Shown piece after piece: positions 1 to 9,497 of a stretch of 64,000 nt of DNA. The translations under genes were made by a program, and so were the position numbers. Below the pieces are notes generated by a model. The model made no database searches. It was not told where the DNA came from and saw only the letters and a program-made list of their open reading frames with translations. The stretch lies in the NCBI GenBank assembly GCA_963848295.1, contig CAWKDB010000002.1:1024001-1088000 (forward strand), read 5' to 3'. This stretch comes from an uncultured delta proteobacterium. GTDB taxonomy: Bacteria; Myxococcota_A; Polyangia; Haliangiales; Haliangiaceae. Position 1 is the first letter of the stretch, and the number at the start of each line of letters is the position of its first letter.

Positions 1-1
1 G

Positions 2-100
2 CACATGGCGGCGCTGCGCCGCAAGATCGAAGCGGATCCGGCCCGACCGCGCTGGCTGACGACCGAGGCCGGCGTCGGCTATCGCTTGCTCGACGAGTAG
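2..100 (+). CDS. kdpE: 3' end of OmpR/KdpE-family response regulator (partial)
   Basis: Reads [32 protein letters not shown], the typical KdpE winged-helix C-terminus; truncated by the window start. Confidence 0.7.
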   Translation, partial: HMAALRRKIEADPARPRWLTTEAGVGYRLLDE

Positions 101-107
101 CGCCCGG

Positions 108-2240
108 TCAGCCGCGCCCGCCCTCGGCCATCCTCACGTCGATGCGCGCGAGCAGCTTGCGGACGCGCTCGGCCATGTCGTCGAGCTCGGACAACCCGGA
201 CGCAGCGCCGAGCTTCTGCGCGAAGTTCATGACCCGGATCAGGTAGCCGAACAGGTTGCCCTCTTCGTGCTCGAGGCCGTGCTTGTCGACGAACTCCAAG
301 AACCCCACGCCGCTGTCCTCGAGCTGCGCCCACACCGTCTTCGGCTTCTTGCCCCCGTGGAGCTCGGGGTGCGGGACCTTGCTCGAGAACTCTTGATGGA
401 TCACCTCGATCTTCGTCAGCGGTCGCGGGTGCGCCTTGTCCCATTCGGCTTCGATGTCGTCCCAGGTGACGTGCGGGTTGTCCATGCGCGCCTCGCGCAG
501 CCGCGTGCGCATCCACTCGCGCTTCTCGTCTTCGCCCTTGCGGCTGAGCAAGCGCTGGATGATGTCGTGATCGATCAGATATTCGACGAGCTCGCGCAGC
601 TCGATGTACTCGAGCTGATGGTTGAACAGCACGTAGAAGATCAGCAGGCCATCCATGCCCTGCAGCTCGCGGATCATCTGGCCGGAGATCTGCTTGCCGT
701 GCTCGTCGAGCACGCCGATCGCGCGCATGTTCGCGACGAGCTGCTCGAGGATCTTCGTCAGCTCCTTGCGATCGCGATCCCCGAGCAGGAGGTTCTCGAT
801 CACCGTCACGATATCGAGCCGCATCGACGGCGGCAGCGACGCCTCGGTCGCCGCGATCCGCTTGTCGAGGTCGGACAGCGGCACCTCGGTGAGATCGGGC
901 AAGCCGATCGCGAGCACTTGCTCCGCGGTGATCTTCGTCTTGCTGCGCAGCTCGGCCGGCTCGCCGCGGACGAGCTCGGCGTGCGAGTCGGGCGACCACG
1001 TCACATCGCCCTTGCGTTGCGCATCGCTGCGCGCGCGGTTGTAGACGCTCTTCGTCACCTTCGACACGTCGTAGCCCGGGCGCTTCGCGGCGTCCTTGAG
1101 CTCCTTGCGCAGCTCGACGACCACGTCTTCGGGCGCGAGCGTCACCGCGAGGCCCTTGTCGTCGAACTGCGGCCGGCCCGCGCGACCCGCCATCTGGTGA
1201 TACTCGGCCGCGGTGATCATCCGCGCCTGCTGCTTGATGAACTTGCGCAGCGACGGAAACACGACGGTGCGCGCCGGCAGGTTGATCCCCGCCGCGATCG
1301 TCTCGGTCGACACCACGAACTTGATCAAGCGCTCGAGCGCGAGCTGTTCGACGAGCTGCTTGTAGCGCGGCAGGATGCCGGCGTGATGGATGCCGATGCC
1401 GTGGCCGAGCAGCGGCCGCAGCTCCTTCGCGGCGCCACTCGGCAACAACGCCTCGTCGCACAGCGCCTCGATCCGCGTCTTCTCCTCGTCGGTCGTGAAC
1501 CGCCGGCACGACTTCAACAGGCGCGCGACCTCGAAGCACTGCTCGCGGCCGAACACGAACACGATCGCGGGCACGTCGCCGCCGTGGGCGAGCTCGCGCA
1601 CGGTGTCGATCAGCATCTCCTCGCGGTAGTCGTGGACGAGGGGCACCTTGCGCTCGCGCGAATCGACGAGCTCCATCGTCGACGCGGCGGGTGAGCGTCG
1701 ACCCACTGGCAGAACTTCTCGGGGTGACCGACCGTCGCCGACAGGATCACGAGCTGCGTGCGCGGATCGAGCCCGATGATCGATTGCTCCCATACGTAGC
1801 CGCGCTCGGGGTCGTTGAAGTAGTGGCCCTCGTCCATCACGACGATGTCGGCGGGCGACACGTTCTTGTCGGCGACGATCCGATTCCACAGGATCTCGGC
1901 GACCTCGACCTGGATCGGCGCCTCGCGATTGACCTTGTAGTCGCCGGTCGCGAACCCGACATAGCCTTCGCCGAAGTCGGCGCACAGCTCGCGATACTTC
2001 TCTTCGGTCAACGCGCGCAGCGGCGTCGTGTAGATCGCGCGCTGGTTGCGGCCCATCGCGGCGTGCAGCGCGGCCTTCGCCATCAGCGTCTTGCCGGTGC
2101 CGGTCGGCACGGTGACGAGCAGGCTCTTGCCGGCGAACACCGCGGTGATCGCACTGCTCCTGGACCGGGTACGGTTCGAGGCCGCGGCTCCACAGGAACT
2201 TGTCGTAGAACGAAAGCTCGAGGTCGCCGTCGCTCGTCAC
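108..2240 (-). CDS. Ski2/HelY-like DEAD/DEAH-box (SF2) helicase, frameshifted
   Basis: PTGTGKT, DEGH and SAT motifs in ORF 1610..2140; HHAG, TETIAAGIN and QMAGRAGR in ORF 108..2240. Frame breaks near 2153 and 1680-1700. Confidence 0.85.
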   Translation of the reverse strand: MTSDGDLELSFYDKFLWSRGLEPYPVQEQCDHRGVRRQEPARHRADRHRQDADGEGRAARRDGPQPARDLHDAAARVDRREVSRAVRRLRRRLCRVRDRRLQGQSRGADPGRGRRDPVESDRRRQERVARRHRRDGRGPLLQRPRARLRMGAIDHRARSAHAARDPVGDGRSPREVLPVGRRSPAASTMELVDSRERKVPLVHDYREEMLIDTVRELAHGGDVPAIVFVFGREQCFEVARLLKSCRRFTTDEEKTRIEALCDEALLPSGAAKELRPLLGHGIGIHHAGILPRYKQLVEQLALERLIKFVVSTETIAAGINLPARTVVFPSLRKFIKQQARMITAAEYHQMAGRAGRPQFDDKGLAVTLAPEDVVVELRKELKDAAKRPGYDVSKVTKSVYNRARSDAQRKGDVTWSPDSHAELVRGEPAELRSKTKITAEQVLAIGLPDLTEVPLSDLDKRIAATEASLPPSMRLDIVTVIENLLLGDRDRKELTKILEQLVANMRAIGVLDEHGKQISGQMIRELQGMDGLLIFYVLFNHQLEYIELRELVEYLIDHDIIQRLLSRKGEDEKREWMRTRLREARMDNPHVTWDDIEAEWDKAHPRPLTKIEVIHQEFSSKVPHPELHGGKKPKTVWAQLEDSGVGFLEFVDKHGLEHEEGNLFGYLIRVMNFAQKLGAASGLSELDDMAERVRKLLARIDVRMAEGGRG

Positions 2241-2266
2241 GCTCGACGTGTACCAGCGATCGGGTC

Positions 2267-2290
2267 GGGGACGCTGTCGGTTTTGTCAAC
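2267..2290 (+). repeat. Single copy of GGGGACG-N9-TTGTCAAC repeat
   Basis: ggggacgctgtcggttttgtcaac; matches the copies at 9317, 9383, 40684, 40758, 45102 and 45175. Confidence 0.8.
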
Positions 2291-2298
2291 TAACGCCG

Positions 2299-5200
2299 TC
2301 AACGCGCCAGCAGCGCCTTGGCGTTCGCCACGACGCCATCGTACGTCGAGTGCCACTTCCGGCTGACGATGTCGTGGAGCTCGGCCTTGCCTTCTGCGCT
2401 GCGTCCGAGCGCGAGCAGCTCTTGGGCCTCTTGCAGCCGGAGCGCCGGATTGCTCTGGTCGACCACCACCGCCTGGTGGCGGAACGGTTGCGCCTCGCCG
2501 AGCCGGCCGAGCTTTGCGTAGACGGTCGCGACCGCGACATAGCCCGCGCTCGAGTACGGATCGCGATCGATCTCCGAGGACAAGTAGCGCCACGCTTCCG
2601 TGCGGTCACCGTCGCGCAGCAACAGCTCCCCGAGGTCGCGATCGATCGAGCTATCGCCGAGGTCGAGCTCGCGGCCGCGGTCGGCCCAGTGCTTCGCGCG
2701 CGCGACCGCCTCGGTGTGCGCACGGCCGTGGCTCTGGAGTGCGAGCTGCGTGCAGTCGTCGAACATGTGGCGGAGCTCGGCGGCGACCACCGAGCGCGTG
2801 ACCGGCGACCCCGCCGCATCGAACGCGGCCTCGTAGTGGGCGAGCGCATCGCCATAGCGCGACTCCGAGTCGGCGATCTCGCCTGCCAACATGTGAAGCT
2901 CGCGCGTGCCGACGCGCTGGACGAGCGGCTCGAGCACGCCGTCGGCCCAGGCGGTCAGGCCGTATTGCCGCGCCGCCGCGATCATCGCGAGCTGATCGTC
3001 GACGTCATCGCCGGCCAGCTCCGACGCGCGCTGCAGCGTCGCGAACAGCTCGGCGCGATCGCGCGCGGCGATCGGCACCATCGCCATGACGTGGGCAAAG
3101 CTCCGGCCGGCGAGCACGCGGTCGCTCCACGTGTGCCACAACAACTGCCAGCCGGCGTCGTTCGAGGTCGCGGTCGCATACACCTGCGCGACCTGCTCGA
3201 GCATCGGCGGCATCGCGTCGAGGTCCGGGTTCGACATCAGATCGACGATGCGTTCGCTGGCGCGCTCGTCCTGACCGGCCCATTGCCACTCCTGAGCCGC
3301 CCGCGCGCGAGCTACGTTGCGCAGCTCGCCTACCGCGATCGCGTCCCACGCCGCCGCGCGTTGCTCGTGCGGCACTCGCCCGTAGCTCGTCATCAACTCG
3401 ACGACCGCGCGACGCGCCTCGACGGCGCGCTCGTCGATCGACAGCAGCGCATCGAGCGCGGCATGGGTCGAGGCATGGCCGTCGGACGCCGCGTGCGCCG
3501 CCGATCGCAGCGTCCACAAGGTCCCGATCAAGGTGTCGCGCAGCACCGCGGCCGGGCGCGCGCTCGGGATCGAGCTGTTGCGACCCTCGAGCGCGAACAG
3601 CGCGACCGGATCGTCCGCCAGCGGCGCGAGCGCCGAGACGAGCTCGCGATCGAGGGCTTGCCCGGAGCTCGCGATGCTTTGGCTCGCGAGCGCGACATCG
3701 CCGCGCGAGATCCCGCCGTGATGCGCGAGATCGAGAAACGCCTTGCCGATCGCCTCGCTGTCGTTGCCGGCCGCCAGGCTCGCGAGCAGCTCGCGCTGGA
3801 GTTGCCGCCATGCCGGCGTCCCGATCGGCAGCGCCGCGAGACGCGTGGCCCAGTACGGAGGCGCGTGCTCGGGGAGCTCGACCGTGACGTCGGACCGCGG
3901 TCCGGGGTTCGCCCAGGCGACGGCATCCGGGATCGGACTCAGCTCGTAGCTCGCGGCGAGGTCTTGTCCACGGACGCGTGCGGCGCTCGGGCCGCTGTCG
4001 GTCCAGGTCACCGCGACGACCGTGTGCGCGTCGCCATCGGTGACCGCGATCAAGCGATCCCTGTCGTCGAACCGCAGCACGTATTCGACGCGAGCGACGC
4101 CGTCGATCGTCGCGGCCAGCGCGACCTCGTGCGGTCCCCGCGCGGCGACGTCGAACCACTTCGCCCAGTGCGCGGGCTCGGCGATCCAGATCGGAAACGA
4201 TCCGAGCGCGAGCGCGATGTCGTCATCGCCGATGTCGCGCGTGACGTCGAGCCCGAGCTCGACATAGCGCCGCGTCCAGCGCGCCCCGTCGAAGGCCGCG
4301 GTCTCGTCGAGCAGGTACGGCGTCGTCGTCCGCCAGCCGAAGTGATGCGCCGGGTCGACCGCGATGTCGCGATCGCCCCAGTGATAGAGGCCCGCCGGCA
4401 ACGCATCGTGGGCCCGTCGCAGCAACTCGCGCGCCGCGGCATCGATCGTATGCGGGCCGGCACCATTCGCGCGCAGCTGCGCTCGCACGGTATCGATATC
4501 GTCGCCGCTGAGGCCCGGAACAAATGCGCTGACGTCGCCGAACCCGCTCCTGACCGGCTCCGTCAGCTGCTTGAGGTTGTAGACCGGGATGGTGATGTCA
4601 TCGCCGGCGCGGATATGAAACGCGGAGCCTTCGTCGTGCGCGAGGTAGCCTCGGTGGACCAGCTGGAGCTGGTAGCGACCGCTCCCCAGGACATCGATCG
4701 GCTCGACCCTCGGTCCCCACGCATCACCGGACGCGTGCGATTGTTCCGCCTCCTCGGGCGACGTGGTGATGGTCAGACCGCCCGCGAACCTGCCGTCGAT
4801 CTCGAGCTCGCGAATCGCCGGCGCCCTCGTAAACCAAGTGGGTGTGAAGCTCTGCGCCGAGGGCACGACGAGCGGCCGACGTACGACCTCGGTGTCGCCG
4901 AGATCGACGAGAGGGCGCACGGCGCTCGTCCACGCCGCGGTCACCGGGATCGTCGCGGGCATCGCGTAAGGAGCCCAGGTCGCGCCGTCGCCCTTCTTGA
5001 CGCCGTACTGCGCGTACATCGCGTCGTTCTCGAGCACGAGCAGCGACGTGTGGCGCGACAGCAAGAAGTAGCGCTTGCCGAGCGCGACGATCTGGCGCCG
5101 CAACTGCTCGTCGCGAGCCTCGCGCGGGTCGGGGATGTCGGCGGTGCCGACGGCATCGGCGGCCACCGGCTCGTACTTCGCGGCGAGCAGCGCGTCGATC

Positions 5201-7404
5201 TTTCGCTGGGCCCACAGCCGCGGCAGATAGCCCGCGTTCGGCGTCGGGGCGGCGAGCGCGATCCGCTGCGACCACGGCTTGCCATCGCGCGTGCCCGTGA
5301 TGACTACCGCCGTCGGGGTCGCGTTGCCGGTCAGCTTCGCGACGAGCTCGAGTTGCTCGCCATCGGCGAGTTGCGGCGACCGAACGAACGCGCTCGAGGC
5401 CACGTCGCTGCCGTCGCTCGCGACGAGCCTCGCGACCAAGCCCGTGATCCGCGACGTATGCAGCGCCGCGACGAGATCGAGCACGCGCCAGTCGAGATCA
5501 TCGGCGAGGTCGATCGTCGTGGCGTAGCCACCCGTCGCCGCGGCGAGGCCCGCGAGCAGCCCGGTATCGACGCCATCGCCGAGCCCGATGCCGACGAACT
5601 GCGCGTTGCCGACGAGCTTGTCGCGCAGCGCATCGAGTTGGGTCGCGCCGGCCGTGACCACGCCGTCACCGAGGTAGATGATCGTCGCGTCCTCGGGTGC
5701 GACGCCAGCGAGCAACGGCAGCGCGGTGTCGAGCGCCCCTGCGACATCGGTCGCGCCGATCCCGCCTTCGGTGGCGAGCGCTCGACGAAGCGCAGCGCGG
5801 TCGACATCGCGAACCTTGGTGAGCCCGAGCTTGACCCGCGCAGCGGCGTCGAACGCGACCACCGCGACGCGATCGTCTTCATCGAGCTCGCGCATCAGCG
5901 CATCGACCACTTCGGTCTGCGCCTCGAGCGCGAGCTTGTCGCGCGACGCGCTGACGTCATCGAGGATGACCCAGGTGCGCGGGCGATACGCGGCGCGGGC
6001 GGAGCCCAGTCGATCGAAGTCGAGCGGCGCGCGGACGAGCGCGAACCGATCGTCGCCGTCGCGCGCGATGCTGAACGTCACCGCGTTGCGTGGGTCGCGG
6101 ACCCGCACGACCAGCGCGTCGCCGATCTTCTCGGCGGTGCCGTGATAGCGCACGATCGCATCGTCGCCGTCGCGCGTGACCACGATGGGATAGCTCGTCG
6201 CCGACAGCTCGCAGCGCGCGCACCCTTTGACCCGCATCGCGATGTCGAGCTCGCCGACCGGACGGTCGACGTCGGGCAACGGCACGGTCAGCGTCCAGTC
6301 GTCGTACAGCTTCGGCAGGCTCTGCGTGTAAGCGAGCGCGAGGCGCTTGTCCTGGTGCGCGGGCAACGGATAGACGCGCAGCGCGAGCCGACCGGCGCCG
6401 GCCCACTCGAGCAACGCGGGATCGACCCGGCGATAGACGAGGTCCTCGTAGATCCGGCGCGCGCTCATCCGCTCCACGACCGCCGATTCCATCAGCTTGC
6501 CGTCGACGTACATCGCGAGCCGTTGCAACGCGGCGTCCGGTGGAATCGCGAAGCGATAGATGCCTTCGAGATCCTGATCGGAGTCGTTGCGGAACGTCTG
6601 ATCGATCGCGACGCGCGCGACTTGGTCCTCGACGACGATATCCAGCCCGAGCTTCATGATCGGCAGCGGGTACTCGTCGCCCCACGGCGGATGCGAACGC
6701 AGCCCCGGATCGCGAGCGAACAGCGTGCCGTGATGTCCGATCGCGGTCGGCGCCTCGCGCCGAACCTCGCGCGACCAGCTGACGAGCTCGGACAACCGCG
6801 GTGCCGGGCCGCGGACCGGGGCGCGCCCAGCCGCGACCACGCCTTGATCGCCGGCGTGCAACACGAGCTCGCCGCGGTCGCCGATCAGCTTCACGACGCC
6901 GCGCAACACCGCCGCGATCGTTTGATCGGTTTCGGCGTCGACGAAGAACTTGGTGCCGAGCACCTCGATCCGGCCGCGTGCGGTGTCGACGACGAAGTCG
7001 CCCTTGCCCGGCACCACATCGAGCAGCACCGCGCCGGTCACCCGGACGTGACGCGGACCGACGACCGCGAGCGTGCTGCCCGCGCGCGCGACGTACGTCG
7101 TGCCATCGGCGAGCGTGCCGGCGCCAGTCTGCGGCTGGCTGAGGCCGGCGACGGTTCCCGGGTGGGCGACGAACCGCAGCGCGACGAACGCGATCGCCGC
7201 GGCGGCGGCGAGCCCGATGCCGAGCGCGAGCAATGGCGTGCGCAGCTTGGCGCGAACGGCGGGCACCGCCGCGGCGGCCGCGTGGTTCGAGAGCAAGGCT
7301 TCGCGAATCCGCACGCGCGCGGCGTCGGACATCTGCGGCGGCTCCCCACCGCCTTCAAGCAAGCTCGAGACGTTGTGCTCGAGCACATCGGTTTCGGATT
7401 TCAT
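2299..7404 (-). CDS. Large membrane-anchored FecR + VIT + vWA + TPR-like protein (putative anti-sigma fusion), ~1701 aa
   Basis: ATG at 7404 overlaps the ECF stop (ATGA). TM helix LLALGIGLAAAAAIAFVAL; FecR-like FVVDTARGRIEVLGTKFFV; VIT (DQTFRN..LEGIYRF..DPALLEW); MIDAS DVSAS and YLGDG; C-terminal TPR-like helices. Confidence 0.8.
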   Translation of the reverse strand: MKSETDVLEHNVSSLLEGGGEPPQMSDAARVRIREALLSNHAAAAAVPAVRAKLRTPLLALGIGLAAAAAIAFVALRFVAHPGTVAGLSQPQTGAGTLADGTTYVARAGSTLAVVGPRHVRVTGAVLLDVVPGKGDFVVDTARGRIEVLGTKFFVDAETDQTIAAVLRGVVKLIGDRGELVLHAGDQGVVAAGRAPVRGPAPRLSELVSWSREVRREAPTAIGHHGTLFARDPGLRSHPPWGDEYPLPIMKLGLDIVVEDQVARVAIDQTFRNDSDQDLEGIYRFAIPPDAALQRLAMYVDGKLMESAVVERMSARRIYEDLVYRRVDPALLEWAGAGRLALRVYPLPAHQDKRLALAYTQSLPKLYDDWTLTVPLPDVDRPVGELDIAMRVKGCARCELSATSYPIVVTRDGDDAIVRYHGTAEKIGDALVVRVRDPRNAVTFSIARDGDDRFALVRAPLDFDRLGSARAAYRPRTWVILDDVSASRDKLALEAQTEVVDALMRELDEDDRVAVVAFDAAARVKLGLTKVRDVDRAALRRALATEGGIGATDVAGALDTALPLLAGVAPEDATIIYLGDGVVTAGATQLDALRDKLVGNAQFVGIGLGDGVDTGLLAGLAAATGGYATTIDLADDLDWRVLDLVAALHTSRITGLVARLVASDGSDVASSAFVRSPQLADGEQLELVAKLTGNATPTAVVITGTRDGKPWSQRIALAAPTPNAGYLPRLWAQRKIDALLAAKYEPVAADAVGTADIPDPREARDEQLRRQIVALGKRYFLLSRHTSLLVLENDAMYAQYGVKKGDGATWAPYAMPATIPVTAAWTSAVRPLVDLGDTEVVRRPLVVPSAQSFTPTWFTRAPAIRELEIDGRFAGGLTITTSPEEAEQSHASGDAWGPRVEPIDVLGSGRYQLQLVHRGYLAHDEGSAFHIRAGDDITIPVYNLKQLTEPVRSGFGDVSAFVPGLSGDDIDTVRAQLRANGAGPHTIDAAARELLRRAHDALPAGLYHWGDRDIAVDPAHHFGWRTTTPYLLDETAAFDGARWTRRYVELGLDVTRDIGDDDIALALGSFPIWIAEPAHWAKWFDVAARGPHEVALAATIDGVARVEYVLRFDDRDRLIAVTDGDAHTVVAVTWTDSGPSAARVRGQDLAASYELSPIPDAVAWANPGPRSDVTVELPEHAPPYWATRLAALPIGTPAWRQLQRELLASLAAGNDSEAIGKAFLDLAHHGGISRGDVALASQSIASSGQALDRELVSALAPLADDPVALFALEGRNSSIPSARPAAVLRDTLIGTLWTLRSAAHAASDGHASTHAALDALLSIDERAVEARRAVVELMTSYGRVPHEQRAAAWDAIAVGELRNVARARAAQEWQWAGQDERASERIVDLMSNPDLDAMPPMLEQVAQVYATATSNDAGWQLLWHTWSDRVLAGRSFAHVMAMVPIAARDRAELFATLQRASELAGDDVDDQLAMIAAARQYGLTAWADGVLEPLVQRVGTRELHMLAGEIADSESRYGDALAHYEAAFDAAGSPVTRSVVAAELRHMFDDCTQLALQSHGRAHTEAVARAKHWADRGRELDLGDSSIDRDLGELLLRDGDRTEAWRYLSSEIDRDPYSSAGYVAVATVYAKLGRLGEAQPFRHQAVVVDQSNPALRLQEAQELLALGRSAEGKAELHDIVSRKWHSTYDGVVANAKALLAR

Positions 7405-8024
7405 ACGGCCTCCGACAGGTGGCTCGACAGCGCGGCGAACGTGTCGCGGAACGCGCGACGCGCGCGAGCGAGTAAAGACTTGGTGGCGTCGATCGAGATC
7501 CCGAGCTCGCCGGCGAGGGTCTCGAGGGTCTCGCCATCGACGTACTTGCGCGTCAGCGCGGTGCGGTACTGCTCCGGAAGATTTGCGATCGCCATGTGGA
7601 CGAGGTCGCGGGTCTCCGCGCGCTCGAGCACTTCGCCCGGCAATGGCCGCTCCGCCATCGCCGCGAACGTCTGCGCGAGCGTCGCGTCGATCCGCTGCCA
7701 CGCCTCGCGGAGCTCGTCACCGCGATGGTGGGCGCGCAGGTGATCGCGAATCACGTTGCGCGACAGCACCGCGAGCCAGCTGCCGAGCGAGCCACGACTC
7801 GCGTCATAGTCGGCCGGGCGCGATAACGCGTTCGCGAACGTCTCTTGCACGACGTCCTCGGCGACCGCGGCATCACGGCCGACGCGATAGAACACGAACG
7901 TGTACAGCCCGGCGACGTGCGCGTCGTACAGCCTCGCGATCGCCTCGGCATCGCCGGCGCGTGCGCGCTGGAGCTCGGCCGAGCTGCCCGATCGGAAGAG
8001 CCGCGCGAACAGCGCGCCGATCAC
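7401..8024 (-). CDS. ECF-type RNA polymerase sigma factor
   Basis: Region 2 (AEDVVQETF..SWLAVLSRN) and region 4 (LPEQYRTAL..ETLAGELGIS..KSLLARAR). Confidence 0.9.
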   Translation of the reverse strand: MIGALFARLFRSGSSAELQRARAGDAEAIARLYDAHVAGLYTFVFYRVGRDAAVAEDVVQETFANALSRPADYDASRGSLGSWLAVLSRNVIRDHLRAHHRGDELREAWQRIDATLAQTFAAMAERPLPGEVLERAETRDLVHMAIANLPEQYRTALTRKYVDGETLETLAGELGISIDATKSLLARARRAFRDTFAALSSHLSEAV

Positions 8025-8102
8025 GTTTCACCTTGCATGAGTGGTGGTGTCAACGGCGGGATCAGAGGTGTCGCACTATCTTGCGCGGCCATCACCGCTT
8101 CG

Positions 8103-8180
8103 CCATTCCGGTTCCGCTTCACCGTCCACTATTTCCGGGCGAATAGTGAGTAGTAAACCGGGAACCGGAACCGGAACTGG
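8103..8180. repeat. Nested imperfect palindrome with GGAACC hexamer repeats in divergent intergenic region
   Basis: ttccggttccg (8106-8116) pairs with cggaaccggaa (8166-8176); inner stem cactattt/gaatagtg (8127-8148). Confidence 0.65.
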
Positions 8181-8196
8181 AGTGCTACGGTGCGCC

Positions 8197-9312
8197 GTGG
8201 CGTTCGATGGGCCTCTGATCGCCGACCGTTATCGACTCGGTGACCGGCTCGGCAAGGGCTCGCAGGGCGAGATCTATCTCGCCCGTGACGAGAAAGCGAA
8301 AGGCGCCGAGGATCGCGAGGTCGTGGTCAAGCGGCTGACCCCGCGCGGCACGTGGAAGTCGTTCGAGCTGTTCGAGCGTGAGGCGAAGGTGCTGTCGCAG
8401 CTCCGCCATCCGGGCGTCCCTCGCCATCACGCGACGGTCGAGGCACCGCCTGGCACGTTCAACCTCGTGATGCAGCGCGCACCCGGCGAGAACCTGCGCG
8501 ACCAGGCGAAGCGCCGCCGGTTGTCCGAGACCGAGTTGCGCGACGTGCTCGTGCGCACGCTCGAGATCCTCGACTACCTACAGACTCGCTCGCCGGTCGT
8601 CGTCCACCGCGACATCAAGCCCTCGAACCTCATCCGCGCGCCCGACGGTACGATCACGCTCGTTGATTTCGGCGGCGTGCTCGATGCCGCGCGGGAGGCC
8701 GGCGGCTCGACCGTGGTCGGCACGTTCGGCTACATGGCGCCGGAGCAGCTCCACGGCAAGGTCACCGGGGCGACCGACATCTACTCGCTCGGCGCCACGA
8801 TCGTCGCGCTCGCCGGCGGGATCGAGCCCGAGGACGTGCCGCGCAAGGGCCTCACGATGGACCTCGACCGCCATCTACCGTCCCTCGATCCCTGTCTGCG
8901 AGCGACCCTGGTCGCGATGACCGATCCCGATCCCGATCGCCGGCCGCAACGCGCCCGCGATGTCCTCGCCCTGCTCGCGAAGAGTCGACCGCGGCGCAGC
9001 TCCGCGTCGCCGCGCGACCGAGCGCTGGTCCGGTCCTCGCCCTCGCCACTCGCGCAACGCCGGCTGTTCGCCGATGTGGCCGAACCGGTCGGCACGCTGC
9101 TCCGCCTCGGCGTGCTCGGCTTCGGCGCCGGCGGCTGGATCGGTATGGTCGCGCTCCGCCTCAACGTCATGATCGTGTTCGCGATCGCGATGGCGCTTGC
9201 CTTCCCCGCGCGCAAGAAGATCCGCGGCGTCGGTACCGAGCTCGACACCATGCTGTCCGAAGGCCAGAGCGGCTTCACCGCGATCATGAGGGGCGCGATG
9301 GCTCGCGACTAA
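8197..9312 (+). CDS. Ser/Thr protein kinase with C-terminal hydrophobic segment
   Basis: GKGSQG, VVVK, HRDIKPSN, DFG, GTFGYMAPE. GTG start chosen after an extended -10 (TGCTACGGT). Confidence 0.9.
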   Translation: MAFDGPLIADRYRLGDRLGKGSQGEIYLARDEKAKGAEDREVVVKRLTPRGTWKSFELFEREAKVLSQLRHPGVPRHHATVEAPPGTFNLVMQRAPGENLRDQAKRRRLSETELRDVLVRTLEILDYLQTRSPVVVHRDIKPSNLIRAPDGTITLVDFGGVLDAAREAGGSTVVGTFGYMAPEQLHGKVTGATDIYSLGATIVALAGGIEPEDVPRKGLTMDLDRHLPSLDPCLRATLVAMTDPDPDRRPQRARDVLALLAKSRPRRSSASPRDRALVRSSPSPLAQRRLFADVAEPVGTLLRLGVLGFGAGGWIGMVALRLNVMIVFAIAMALAFPARKKIRGVGTELDTMLSEGQSGFTAIMRGAMARD

Positions 9313-9316
9313 CCGC

Positions 9317-9408
9317 GGGGACGGAGGAATTCTTGTCAACCGAGACGTCGGCCGTGATCCCAACGATCGCGCGCCGTTACGTGGGGACGGAGGAATACTT
9401 GTCAACCG
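9317..9408 (+). repeat. Direct repeat pair (26 bp, 1 mismatch) with 40-bp spacer
   Basis: ggggacggaggaatTcttgtcaaccg (9317-9342) and ggggacggaggaatActtgtcaaccg (9383-9408). Confidence 0.9.
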
Positions 9409-9497
9409 CCCGGGGGTTCCGCTGCGCTGCCGGCACCCTCATCGCGGAGCGTGATCCGCATGGCGTTCCATGCTCTGGCCTGGCAGCATTAGCCGGC

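Noticed and set aside
2248..7743. 1831-aa plus-strand ORF and many other long antisense ORFs
   Set aside because: Shadow frames of high-GC genes; Arg/Ala-rich with no motifs, and the opposite strand carries the recognisable protein.
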